DNA of 63,809 nt, filler included, from Reclinomonas americana ATCC 50394 (taxonomy: Eukaryota): assembly GCA_048213135.1 (NCBI GenBank). It is 6 parts of 4 records of this genome, joined end to end, with 100 filler letters (N's around TTAATTAATTAA, not from the genome) between each part and the next. Parts side by side here need not be neighbours in the genome. Positions count along the whole stretch, not along the records: positions 20,551 to 45,933 come from PS015697.1; 5 more parts are not named here. One strand, 5' to 3'. A program made the position numbers and the translations under genes. Positions 30,426 through 39,839 of the stretch are shown here, piece after piece; within the stretch, counting starts at the first letter, position 1; every line of letters begins with the position of its first letter. A model generated the notes under the pieces. That model was not told the DNA's origin. It saw only the letters and a program-made list of their open reading frames with translations, and ran no database searches.

Positions 30426-32310
30426 GGGATCACCAGCAGCGTCAGCACGGTCGAGGAGACCATGCCGCCGATCATCGGCACGGCGATGCGCTGCATCACC
30501 TCCGATCCCGTGCCGGTGTTCCACAGGATCGGCAGCAGGCCGGCCATGATCGCGATGACCGTCATGATCTTGGGCCGCACGCGCTCGACCGCGCCCAGCA
30601 TGATCGCCTCCTGCAGATCGGCTCGCGTGAATGCTCGCCCCTCCGCCGCGCAGCGCGCCTGCACCTCCTTCAGCGCGTGGTCGAGATAGATCAGCATGAT
30701 CACGCCGGTCTCGGCCGCGACGCCGGCGAGCGCGATAAACCCGACCGCAACGGCGACCGACATGTTGAAGCCGAGCCACCAGAGCAGCCAGACTCCGCCG
30801 ACCAGCGCGAAGGGCAGCGAGAGCATGACAATGAAGGTCTCGGTCAGCCTGCGGAAGTTCAGGTAGAGCAGCAGGAAGATGATCGCGAGCGTCACCGGCA
30901 CGACCAGCTTGAGGCGAGCCTCGGCCCGTTCGAGATATTCGAACTGACCGCTCCAGGCGACGCGGTAGCCTGCTGGCAGCTTGATGCTCTGCGCGATCGC
31001 ATTTTGGGCGTCGCGGACATAGCCACCGAGGTCGCGCCCGACGGTGTCTACGAAGATGTAGACCGCGAGCTCGCCGTTCTCTGTGCGGATCGACGTCGCG
31101 CCGCGCTTGCGCTCCACACTTGCTACCTCGCCTAGCGGAATGCTGGCACCGGACGGCGTCGAAATCTGGACCTCGCGCGCGATCGCCTGGGGATCAGAGC
31201 GCAGGTCACGGGGGTAGCGGATGGTCACGCCATAGCGCTCGCGCCCCTCGACCGTCGTCGTCACGGTCTCGCCACCCATCGCCATCACGATCGCATTCTG
31301 GACGTCACCGACGGAAAGCCCGTAGCGCCCGAGCGCGATCCTGTCCGGCACGATGTCGAGGAAGTAGCCGCCGATGACGCGCTCGGCATAGGCGCTGCTC
31401 GTCCCCGGTACCGCTTTGAGGACGGTCTCGATCTGTCGCGAGATCGCCTCCATCTTCGCCAAGTCGGTACCGAACACTTTGACCCCGATCGGCGTGCGGA
31501 TGCCGGTCGCGAGCATGTCGATGCGGGCCCGGATCGGTTGGGTCCAGGCATTGGAGACGCCCGGAAACTGGAGCGCCTTGTCCATTTCCGTCTTGAGGTT
31601 GTCGAGCGTGACGCCCTGGCGCCACTCGGTCTTGGGCCTCAGGTTGATGATGGTTTCAAACATCTCGGTCGGCGCCGGGTCCGTTGCCGTCTGGGCCCGC
31701 CCAGCTTTGCCGTAGACCGAGGCGACCTCCGGGAACGAGCGGATGATCCGGTTCTGAGTTTGCAGAAGCTCGGCCGCCTTTGTGACCGACAGCCCAGGCA
31801 GTGTCGTCGGCATATACATCAGCGTGCCCTCGTCGAGCGTTGGCATGAACTCCGAACCGAGCTGACGCATGGGCCAGAGACTGAGCCCGAGCACCGCGAC
31901 CGCCAGTAGGATCGTCACGGTTTTGGCTTTAAGGACGGCGCGAATGAAAGGGCGATAGAACGCGATCAAGAACCGGTTGATTGGATTCCTGGCCTCCGGA
32001 ATGATCCGTCCTCTCACGAATATCACCATCAGCGCCGGCACCAGCGTCACCGACAGAAAGGCCGCAGCCGCCATGGCGAAGGTCTTGGTGTAGGCGAGCG
32101 GACCGAACAGCCGGCCCTCCTCCGCTTCCAGCGTGAAGATCGGCAAGAACGAGACGGTGATGACGAGCAGGCTGAAGAACAGCGCCGGCCCGACCTCGCT
32201 TGCCGCCTCGATCAGGATCTCGATGCGCGGCTTGTCCGGTCGTGCCCGTTCGAGATGCTTGTGGGCATTCTCGATCATGACGATCGCGGCGTCGATCATG
32301 GCTCCGACCG
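30426..32310 (-). CDS. cusA: CusA central/C-terminal part on an inverted (probably mis-oriented) contig
   Basis: VGAMIDAAIVMIEN, YMPTTLPG, DPAPTEMFET, RIDMLATG, RIAVPMIGG. Confidence 0.93.
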
Positions 32311-32904
32311 NNNNNNNNNNNNNNNNNNNNNNNNNNNNNNNNNNNNNNNNNNNNNNNNNNNNNNNNNNNNNNNNNNNNNNNNNNNNNNNNNNNNNNNNNN
32401 NNNNNNNNNNNNNNNNNNNNNNNNNNNNNNNNNNNNNNNNNNNNNNNNNNNNNNNNNNNNNNNNNNNNNNNNNNNNNNNNNNNNNNNNNNNNNNNNNNNN
32501 NNNNNNNNNNNNNNNNNNNNNNNNNNNNNNNNNNNNNNNNNNNNNNNNNNNNNNNNNNNNNNNNNNNNNNNNNNNNNNNNNNNNNNNNNNNNNNNNNNNN
32601 NNNNNNNNNNNNNNNNNNNNNNNNNNNNNNNNNNNNNNNNNNNNNNNNNNNNNNNNNNNNNNNNNNNNNNNNNNNNNNNNNNNNNNNNNNNNNNNNNNNN
32701 NNNNNNNNNNNNNNNNNNNNNNNNNNNNNNNNNNNNNNNNNNNNNNNNNNNNNNNNNNNNNNNNNNNNNNNNNNNNNNNNNNNNNNNNNNNNNNNNNNNN
32801 NNNNNNNNNNNNNNNNNNNNNNNNNNNNNNNNNNNNNNNNNNNNNNNNNNNNNNNNNNNNNNNNNNNNNNNNNNNNNNNNNNNNNNNNNNNNNNNNNNNN
32901 NNNN

Positions 32905-33010
32905 GGCGATCTACGGCCTGATCAAGGGCTGGCGGCTGCCGGCGGCCGCTGTGACCGATAAGGCAACATCGGGATCCGCGCCGGCAAGCTTCGCTGCGGC
33001 TGTCGAATGA
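32905..33010 (+). CDS. cusA: CusA extreme C-terminus
   Basis: (P)AIYGLIKGWRL…*; joins in frame to the end of the inverted contig. Confidence 0.85.
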
Positions 33011-33021
33011 GGGAGGAGCCA

Positions 33022-33138
33022 ATGATGCACAACATGATGAGCGGTATGGGCTGGGGCATGGGCCTCGTCGGCCTACTCGGCATCGCAGTACTGGTGCTCA
33101 CGATCGCAGCGCTCGTGAAATACGTCTTCTTCCGGTGA
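33022..33138 (+). CDS. 38-aa Met-rich single-TM small protein
   Basis: RBS GGAGGAG; MMHNMMSGMGWGMGLVGLLGIAVLVLTIAALVKYVFFR*; below the ORF-track size cutoff. Confidence 0.75.
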   Translation: MMHNMMSGMGWGMGLVGLLGIAVLVLTIAALVKYVFFR

Positions 33139-33195
33139 CGGCGCTGGATGCGCGCACGACCGGAGGAAGACACAGCCCAGGCAAAGGAGACAATT

Positions 33196-33687
33196 ATGCC
33201 AACCGAGCTCTATCCATCCCGCCGCGCGCTGATGATCGGCGCTGCGCAGGCAGCCGCGGCGCTCGCGCTGTCGCCTCCGTCACTGGCCGCCGAGGCGCTC
33301 CCGAAGATGACCGTGACTCGTGACCCGAACTGCGGCTGTTGCAGCAACTGGATTGCGCATGTGAAGGCCGCGGGCTTTCCGGTCGAAGTGGTCGAGGTTC
33401 CCGACGTCATGCCGCTCAAGACCAGGCTTGGCGTGCCCGATGCCCTGGCATCGTGCCATACCGCCGAGATCGACGGCTATGTCGTCGAAGGTCATGTTCC
33501 GGCCGAGGCGATCAAGCGATTGCTGGTCGAGCGGCTGCGGGTGAAGGGCATCGCTGTCGCGGGCATGCCGGTCGGCTCGCCCGGAATGGAGATCCCGGGC
33601 CAGGCGCCTCAGATTTACGAGGTCGTCCTCTTCGCCTCCGGAGAGCAGCGCCTGTTTGCCCGCTATCGCGGGCTGCAACGGATTTGA
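33196..33687 (+). CDS. DUF411/CopG-family periplasmic metal protein
   Basis: Tat-like SRRALM; CGCC, SCHTA, EGHVP, GMPVGSPGME. Confidence 0.92.
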   Translation: MPTELYPSRRALMIGAAQAAAALALSPPSLAAEALPKMTVTRDPNCGCCSNWIAHVKAAGFPVEVVEVPDVMPLKTRLGVPDALASCHTAEIDGYVVEGHVPAEAIKRLLVERLRVKGIAVAGMPVGSPGMEIPGQAPQIYEVVLFASGEQRLFARYRGLQRI

Positions 33688-33825
33688 TCTATACGCGTTA
33701 GCGATGACCCCGCGGCAAGAGAGAGAGAGAGAATGCCATGGTCGGTTGAGTCGGACGGGACGAATCCGCAGCCGGTACAAGAAGGGTATTCGCAACCTTT
33801 GCTGAGCTTTCATTCGGTGGGTGAT

Positions 33826-34239
33826 TCACGATGCGTCTTGCGGGATAGTTGGATCAGCGAGGACTTCCACAATCCGACACGATGCGACGCTCCCGTTGTC
33901 GCACGATTTTATCATTCGAATGAGCTCGCCCTTAAGTCCCAGAAGCCGACCTATCCTGATCTCGACGGCTTCAAGCTGATCCGTGGCAATTCGGCTGACC
34001 TGGTCACAAGAGGCCTCCGGGCTTTCCTGCAGAGCAAGCATTTTCTTAATAGCCGGGATATCGAAGCCGAGGTCCCGGGAATGCCGGATGAATGTCAAAC
34101 GTCGTACGTCCTCGGCTCCGTAAAGCCGGCGTCTGCTTTCCGTGCGGGGCGGCTTTGGGGTGAGGTTGATCCGCTCGTAGTAGCGGATTGTTTCAATATT
34201 GACGCCTGTCCGTTGTGACAAAGCTCCGATGGTGATCAT
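33826..34239 (-). CDS. MerR-family metal sensor (CadR/PbrR/ZntR-like, three Cys)
   Basis: ETIRYYE HTH; one Cys at the start of the dimer helix (ASC) plus C-terminal SCDNGSVASCRI. Confidence 0.92.
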   Translation of the reverse strand: MITIGALSQRTGVNIETIRYYERINLTPKPPRTESRRRLYGAEDVRRLTFIRHSRDLGFDIPAIKKMLALQESPEASCDQVSRIATDQLEAVEIRIGRLLGLKGELIRMIKSCDNGSVASCRIVEVLADPTIPQDAS

Positions 34240-34485
34240 GGCGGATTCATTCCGTAGGGGCGATTGACGCCATCAGCGCGACACCTGGCATGCGCCGTCG
34301 CGCGGTGGGCCGGAGCGTCTCAGCGACGTTGTCGCCGGGATGGCGGACGAACCCGTGCTGACAGATGGAATAGAAGCTCATCGACGGTCTTATCTCCATT
34401 CTTGCGCTGCGCGATTTCAACCAAGAGCGCGGCGGCCTTGATCGCCGCCGCGTCGGGATAGTCCAGCCATGGATATAATCGAGGG

Positions 34486-34516
34486 TTGATCCTGTAGCCA
34501 CTACAGGATGTAGATA
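34486..34516 (+). promoter_or_regulatory. MerR-type operator/promoter 1 (before the MAPEG gene)
   Basis: -35 TTGATC, 19-nt spacer, -10 TAGATA; palindrome ATCCTGTAG-CCA-CTACAGGAT. Confidence 0.85.
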
Positions 34517-34620
34517 TAGCAAATGGCTGGAGACGTGTGAACACAGGCGCGGCTATCGGCCGCTTCCCGGTACGTCACCTGATCGCGCCACTCAGCGGAG
34601 GGCATAAGAGGAGCAGGAGA

Positions 34621-35169
34621 ATGGCCAGGGCCTTTAGTTCGGACCAGATGGGCATCATCCGTGGCTCCGCCGCCGCGCTCACTCTTGCGGCGATCGTCCT
34701 TACTGCCGGGTATGTTTGGCTGCCTCCTGGGTTGCTCCGCCTCAACCCGGAGATGGGCCTCGGTGAGCGGGTCGCGTTCACGCTGAAGGCTGATATTCTC
34801 ATGTTCCTCTGGCTTGCTGGCTGCGTCGGCGCGGTGAGCAGAGGACGGTTCTATTCGCCAGCAGATATACGGGGCTCGGCATTTGGCCAACCCAGCCCAG
34901 CAATCGCCGTGCGAGCTGCGGTGCTGCAGAATTCATTGGAGCAGACGGTTCTGGCCTTTGGCGCCCACCTAACACTTGCAGCGCTGTTGCGAGGACCCGA
35001 GCTGGTACTCATCCCTCTGCTGGTCGCTCTGTTTTTGGCCGGTCGGGTGGCCTTTGCTTTCGGCTATGCCAAAGGAGCATCAGGTCGGGCTTTCGGCATG
35101 GCCCTTACCGCCGCGTCTATCATCGTGAGCTACGGAGTGGCGGTCGGCTTGGTGGCTGTCGGACGCTGA
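34621..35169 (+). CDS. MAPEG-family membrane protein
   Basis: Four hydrophobic helices; LQNSLEQ and GRVAFAFGY…RAFG motifs. Confidence 0.8.
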   Translation: MARAFSSDQMGIIRGSAAALTLAAIVLTAGYVWLPPGLLRLNPEMGLGERVAFTLKADILMFLWLAGCVGAVSRGRFYSPADIRGSAFGQPSPAIAVRAAVLQNSLEQTVLAFGAHLTLAALLRGPELVLIPLLVALFLAGRVAFAFGYAKGASGRAFGMALTAASIIVSYGVAVGLVAVGR

Positions 35170-35213
35170 CATCTGCCGCTCGTGAGACGGCCATAAATTC
35201 GGCTCATGACCTC

Positions 35214-35244
35214 TTGATCCTGTAGCGACTACAGAATGTATGGT
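35214..35244 (+). promoter_or_regulatory. MerR-type operator/promoter 2 (before cadA)
   Basis: -35 TTGATC, 19-nt spacer, -10 TATGGT; palindrome CTGTAG-CGA-CTACAG, near-identical to operator 1. Confidence 0.85.
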
Positions 35245-35297
35245 GCGCCAACAGGCTTGAGCCAAGCCCAGACAATCTAGCAGTCAAGGAGACCGCG

Positions 35298-38200
35298 ATG
35301 GCCGCTGATGCCGAGATTAGAAGCACCTCAAGCACATTACGCTTCAAGGTCGAAGGCTTGGACTGTCAGAACGAGGTTCGCCTGCTTCGCGCTGCGGTCG
35401 GCCCGGTCGTGGGCGGTGAGGACAGGTTGTCGTTCGACACCAAAGGCGGTGTCATGGAAGCGACCGTCCCGAGCCTCCCAGCTCGCGCTGCCATCGAGCA
35501 GGCGGTCGCCTCCACCGGGATGCGGGCGCAGCTGCTGGCTGAGCTCGACACGTCCTCGGCGTCTGCGTGGCTGTTCAAGGTCGATGGGCTCGATTGCAAG
35601 AACGAGGTCGCGATGCTCAAGCGCGAAATCGGCCCGCTCGTTGGTGGTGAAGACCGGCTCGCCTTCGATACGGCCAAGGGGTTGATGACGGTTGCGCCTC
35701 AGCAGCGTGCCTCGATCGACGAGCTCGTGAGCGGCATCTCAAAGACCGGAATGTCCGGCTCTCTCATCCGAAATGGTTTGGCCGAGGCCATGCTGCTGCG
35801 CGTGCGTGGCCTCGACTGCAAGAACGAGGTGGCCGCCCTGACGAGGGAGCTGGGGCCGCTCGTCGGTGAGGACAATCTTGCCTTCGACACTTCGCAGGGC
35901 GCGATGACCGTTGCGCCTCAGATCGGGGCAACACTCCGTCAGATTGAGGAAGCAGTCGCGCGAACGGGCATGCGAGCTGAGCCGTGGTCGCCGCCGGCGG
36001 TTTCTGAGGCTGCCTGTTCCGAAACTGCCGGATCCGGATGCGGCTGTGCGGGCCAAGCTCAGGAGGCGCTTGCACCGCCACTTCCGACCAATCAGCCTGG
36101 CGGCGTGGTCTATCGAATCCACGGGATGGATTGCGCCGACGAAATCGCGGCCTTGAAGCGCGAGGTTGGTCCGCTCGTGGGCGAAGATAAACTCGCCTTC
36201 GACCTCCTCAACGGCCGCATGTCGATCGACATGGCGCCAGACGCTGCGCTGGAGGCCAGCATCGAGAAAGCCGTCGGGCGCGCCGGCTTGCGAGCCGAGC
36301 CCTGGATCGAAGGGGCGAGCAGCGAAACGGCACAGGCAGAAGAGCGTCGCAGGCGCATACAGTCGTGGCTGACCGCCGCGAGCGGCGTCTTCGCCGCGCT
36401 CGGCTTTGCGGTTCACGCCTGGCTCGGCGGCGGCATCATCGCAGCGTTCGAGGCTGGCGAACATGCTGCAGGCTCGACGCCGCTGCCGAGCATTATCCTC
36501 TATACCCTCGCAGTACTCTGTGCGGTGCGCTACGTCGCCCCTAAGGCCTGGCTCGCGGCACGACGGTTACGCCCGGATATGAACCTCCTGATGGTGGTTG
36601 CCGTCGTGGGCGCGATCGGAATCGGTGCGTGGTTCGAAGCCGCGACGGTTTCCTTCTTTTTCGCGCTTGCCCTGGCACTCGAGGCGTGGAGCCTCGGTCG
36701 CGCGCGGCGAGCGGTGGCTGCTTTGATGGAGCTGGCGCCGCCGACAGCACGGGTTAAGCTCGAAGATGGATCTGAGCGCGACGTACCGGCCGCCGAGATT
36801 CGTGTCGGCTCGCACATCATTATTCGTCCCGGCGACAAGCTTCCTCTTGATGGTCGCGTCGCAGCTGGTGAGAGCGAGGTCAACCAGGCGCCCATCACCG
36901 GCGAGAGCGTTCCCGTGTTCAAATCCGAGGGCGATGAGGTGTTCGCTGGCACCATCAACGGCGAAGGCGCCCTCGATGTCGTCACGACCAAGGCGGCGAA
37001 CGATACGACCCTTGCGCAGATCATTCGCATGGTCGGCTCCGCACAGAGCCGGCGCGCACCGAGCGAGCAGTGGGTCGAAAAGTTCGCGCGCGTCTACACG
37101 CCTGTCGTGATGGTTCTCGCCATTGCAGTTTTCCTTATCCCGCCGCTGCTGCTCGGCGGTGGCTGGGAGGTCTGGTTCTATCGCGCGCTCGTGCTGCTCG
37201 TGATCGCCTGTCCCTGCGCCCTTGTGATCTCGACACCGGTGACCATCGTAGCCGCTCTCGCGGGCTCCGCGAAGCAGGGTGTCCTGGTGAAGGGCGGCGT
37301 CCATCTCGAGACTCCGGCCAAGCTCAAGGCCATCGCCATGGACAAGACCGGAACCCTGACTGAGGGTCGTCCGCGGGTGGTTGACGTGGTGCCGCTCGTC
37401 GGCCGCAGCGAGGATGACGTTCTCCGGTTGGCCGCAGCCCTTGAGGCGCGTAGCGAGCACCCGATAGCGCGCGCCATTCTGGCTAAAGCCGCGGAACGCG
37501 GCCTTGCTGCCCAGCCAGCCGACGCGGTGCAGGCCATCACCGGCAGGGGAATGACCGGTCGGATTTCCGGTCGCGAGGTCTGGCTTGGGTCGCGCCGCTA
37601 TCTCGATGAACGGAAGGTCGGCTCACCAGCCGTTCTCGGTCAAGCCGACACCTTGTCCGGCGCCGGTCGTACTGTCGTGGCGGTCGGTGACGGCGAAGAG
37701 GTCTGGGGGCTGATCGCCGTTGCTGATGCCGTGCGCGCAGAAGCCAAGGATATCGTCACCGCGCTGCATCGGGCCGGCGTCGAAAAAGTGGTGATGCTCA
37801 CAGGCGACAATCAGGCGACCGCCGATGCGATCGCCAAGCAGACCGGCATCGATGAGGTTCGGGCGGAACTGTTACCCGGCGACAAGGTTACAGCGGTCGA
37901 GGATCTCGTACGGCGTTACGGTTCTGTCGCCATGGTCGGCGATGGGGTCAACGACGCACCGGCGATGGGCCGTGCCAGTCTCGGGATTGCGATGGGCGCA
38001 ATGGGCAGCGACGCGGCAATCGAGACGGCCGATGTCGCACTCATGTCGGACGATCTCTCGAGGCTACCTTGGCTGGTGCGTCATTCGCGCGCGACGCTCG
38101 CAGTCATTCGGCAGAATGTCGCATTCTCAATCGCGGTGAAGCTCCTCTTCACGGTCCTGACAGTGCTCGGCCTGGCATCGCTCTGGGGCGCCATCGCTGC

Positions 38201-38351
38201 GGATGTCGGCGCCTCCCTGCTGGTTGTTCTCAACGGGTTGCGCCTTCTCAATCGCGACCAAGGCGGACCAAAGGCCGGTCCATCAGGGGGTACTGGTTCT
38301 CCTGCCAGTGAGCGCCATCAGCCAGGGATGCGCCCGGCATCTGCCCACTGA
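35298..38351 (+). CDS. cadA: Cd/Zn/Pb-exporting P1B-2 ATPase with four N-terminal HMA-like repeats
   Basis: CPCALVISTP, DKTGT, SEHP, K in TM7 (AVKLL), ADVG in TM8. Confidence 0.92.
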   Translation: MAADAEIRSTSSTLRFKVEGLDCQNEVRLLRAAVGPVVGGEDRLSFDTKGGVMEATVPSLPARAAIEQAVASTGMRAQLLAELDTSSASAWLFKVDGLDCKNEVAMLKREIGPLVGGEDRLAFDTAKGLMTVAPQQRASIDELVSGISKTGMSGSLIRNGLAEAMLLRVRGLDCKNEVAALTRELGPLVGEDNLAFDTSQGAMTVAPQIGATLRQIEEAVARTGMRAEPWSPPAVSEAACSETAGSGCGCAGQAQEALAPPLPTNQPGGVVYRIHGMDCADEIAALKREVGPLVGEDKLAFDLLNGRMSIDMAPDAALEASIEKAVGRAGLRAEPWIEGASSETAQAEERRRRIQSWLTAASGVFAALGFAVHAWLGGGIIAAFEAGEHAAGSTPLPSIILYTLAVLCAVRYVAPKAWLAARRLRPDMNLLMVVAVVGAIGIGAWFEAATVSFFFALALALEAWSLGRARRAVAALMELAPPTARVKLEDGSERDVPAAEIRVGSHIIIRPGDKLPLDGRVAAGESEVNQAPITGESVPVFKSEGDEVFAGTINGEGALDVVTTKAANDTTLAQIIRMVGSAQSRRAPSEQWVEKFARVYTPVVMVLAIAVFLIPPLLLGGGWEVWFYRALVLLVIACPCALVISTPVTIVAALAGSAKQGVLVKGGVHLETPAKLKAIAMDKTGTLTEGRPRVVDVVPLVGRSEDDVLRLAAALEARSEHPIARAILAKAAERGLAAQPADAVQAITGRGMTGRISGREVWLGSRRYLDERKVGSPAVLGQADTLSGAGRTVVAVGDGEEVWGLIAVADAVRAEAKDIVTALHRAGVEKVVMLTGDNQATADAIAKQTGIDEVRAELLPGDKVTAVEDLVRRYGSVAMVGDGVNDAPAMGRASLGIAMGAMGSDAAIETADVALMSDDLSRLPWLVRHSRATLAVIRQNVAFSIAVKLLFTVLTVLGLASLWGAIAADVGASLLVVLNGLRLLNRDQGGPKAGPSGGTGSPASERHQPGMRPASAH

Positions 38352-38409
38352 AAACGCATCGACGGTCGTCAAGATTGGGCGACCGTCGTCACCAGGACGT
38401 CAATGAAAA

Positions 38410-38958
38410 ATGACCTGCAAGGAAAGTAATACCGTGGCGGTAGCGTCCGTTAGACAGCGTGCGATGTGGTTGGGCTTCGCATTCGTCCCCGCTCTTCTCG
38501 TCGATGTCGTCACGAAGTGGCTGATCGTGACGGTGGTGATGGCGCCTCCGCGCGTCATAGAGATTACGTCATTTTTCAACCTGACGCTTGGCTTCAACCC
38601 CGGAGTCAGCTTCGGGATGTTCCAGGACGTCTTTCTTGAGCGTCCGTTGGTACTGGGTGCCATTAAAGTGGCGATCACAGCCGGGCTTCTCGTCTGGGCA
38701 TTGCGCGTCGAGAACATGGTCGAGACGGTCGCCCTCGGCTTGATTGCCGGCGGAGCCGCCGGCAACGTCGTTGACCGCGTGCGACAAGGAGTCGTGACCG
38801 ACTTCCTAGATTTTCATGTCGGCGATTGGCATTGGCCTACCTTCAATATGGCGGATGTGGCGATCAGCATCGGAGTTGCGCTGCTGCTGGCGGGGTCCCT
38901 GCGGCCGTTCCGATCGGTGTTCGGCGTCCAGAAACCATCGGGTGAGACGGAGCGCTGA
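38410..38958 (+). CDS. lspA: signal peptidase II (accessory copy)
   Basis: NPGVSFG, GGAAGNVVDR…VTDF, WPTFNMAD. Confidence 0.92.
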   Translation: MTCKESNTVAVASVRQRAMWLGFAFVPALLVDVVTKWLIVTVVMAPPRVIEITSFFNLTLGFNPGVSFGMFQDVFLERPLVLGAIKVAITAGLLVWALRVENMVETVALGLIAGGAAGNVVDRVRQGVVTDFLDFHVGDWHWPTFNMADVAISIGVALLLAGSLRPFRSVFGVQKPSGETER

Positions 38959-38959
38959 C

Positions 38960-39598
38960 ATGGCCGCCGAGCGTCGCAACGAGGAAGCCGAGATCGAACT
39001 TGACCCAAGCGACGTGGCCGAACGTCGAACATTGATCTGGGTGCTGCTTATCAATTGCTTGCAGGTGGTCGTAGCGGGGACGGTGGGCGTTGTTGCGGAC
39101 TCGACTGGTTTGCTGGGCGCGGCGCTCGACAACCTGGCGGATGCCGGCGTCTACGCGGTGAGCCTTTATGCCGTCGGACGGAGCGTCGCGGCTAAGTCGC
39201 GTGTTGCCGCTTTGTCTGGCGCGCTTTTGATCATTTTAGGCGTCGGGTTGCTGGTCGAGGTCCTGCGCAGGTTTTTCGTTGGCGCCGAGCCGATCGGTCT
39301 TGCCATGATTGTCGCGGCCGTCGCGAATGCGGCGACAAATCTGATTTGCCTTCGGCTGCTGCGCTCGCATCGCGATCAGGGCGTCCATATGCAGGCGTCC
39401 TGGATCTTTACGACCAACGACATGCTGGCCAATGCGGGCATAGCGCTCTCCGGCGCTGCGGTGATGTTCTTCGCATCTCCGCTACCAGACCTGATCATCG
39501 GCCTGGTCGTCGGCGGGCTCGTGCTCAAGGGCGGCTGGGAGATCTTGAAGGAAGCACGCGACGCGCGGCGCGCGAGTGTGTTGGCTCAAAAGGACTAG
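38960..39598 (+). CDS. CDF-family cation transporter lacking the C-terminal domain
   Basis: ADSTGLLGAALDNLAD, ASWIFTTND, PDLIIG. Confidence 0.85.
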   Translation: MAAERRNEEAEIELDPSDVAERRTLIWVLLINCLQVVVAGTVGVVADSTGLLGAALDNLADAGVYAVSLYAVGRSVAAKSRVAALSGALLIILGVGLLVEVLRRFFVGAEPIGLAMIVAAVANAATNLICLRLLRSHRDQGVHMQASWIFTTNDMLANAGIALSGAAVMFFASPLPDLIIGLVVGGLVLKGGWEILKEARDARRASVLAQKD

Positions 39599-39792
39599 AA
39601 GACCACCAACTCTCACCCCGGTCAGGATTGGGCTCGGCGTCTCCGGGACCCCAGAGGCGCACTCTAAGATGATTCTGAGCCGTGCCATTGCCGCGGCGCG
39701 CATATGTGTCTGCTGCCATACGACCATCAGAAGGTCGCTCGTCGGAATGTCGTTGGCGCCGCAAGCGGTGCCACCTTGATTTCCGTCATTAT

Positions 39793-39816
39793 ACATTATA
39801 TGTAATCGTATAATGT
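39793..39816. promoter_or_regulatory. putative BigR operator
   Basis: Inverted repeat ACATTATA-N8-TATAATGT overlapping a TATAAT -10, upstream of blh. Confidence 0.7.
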
Positions 39817-39839
39817 TTGATAATCAGGAGCGTGCGCTG

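Noticed and set aside
34247..34480. Possible small ORF between merR and operator 1 (…LDYPDAAAIKAAALLVEIAQ…)
   Set aside because: No convincing start or RBS; at most a gene remnant.
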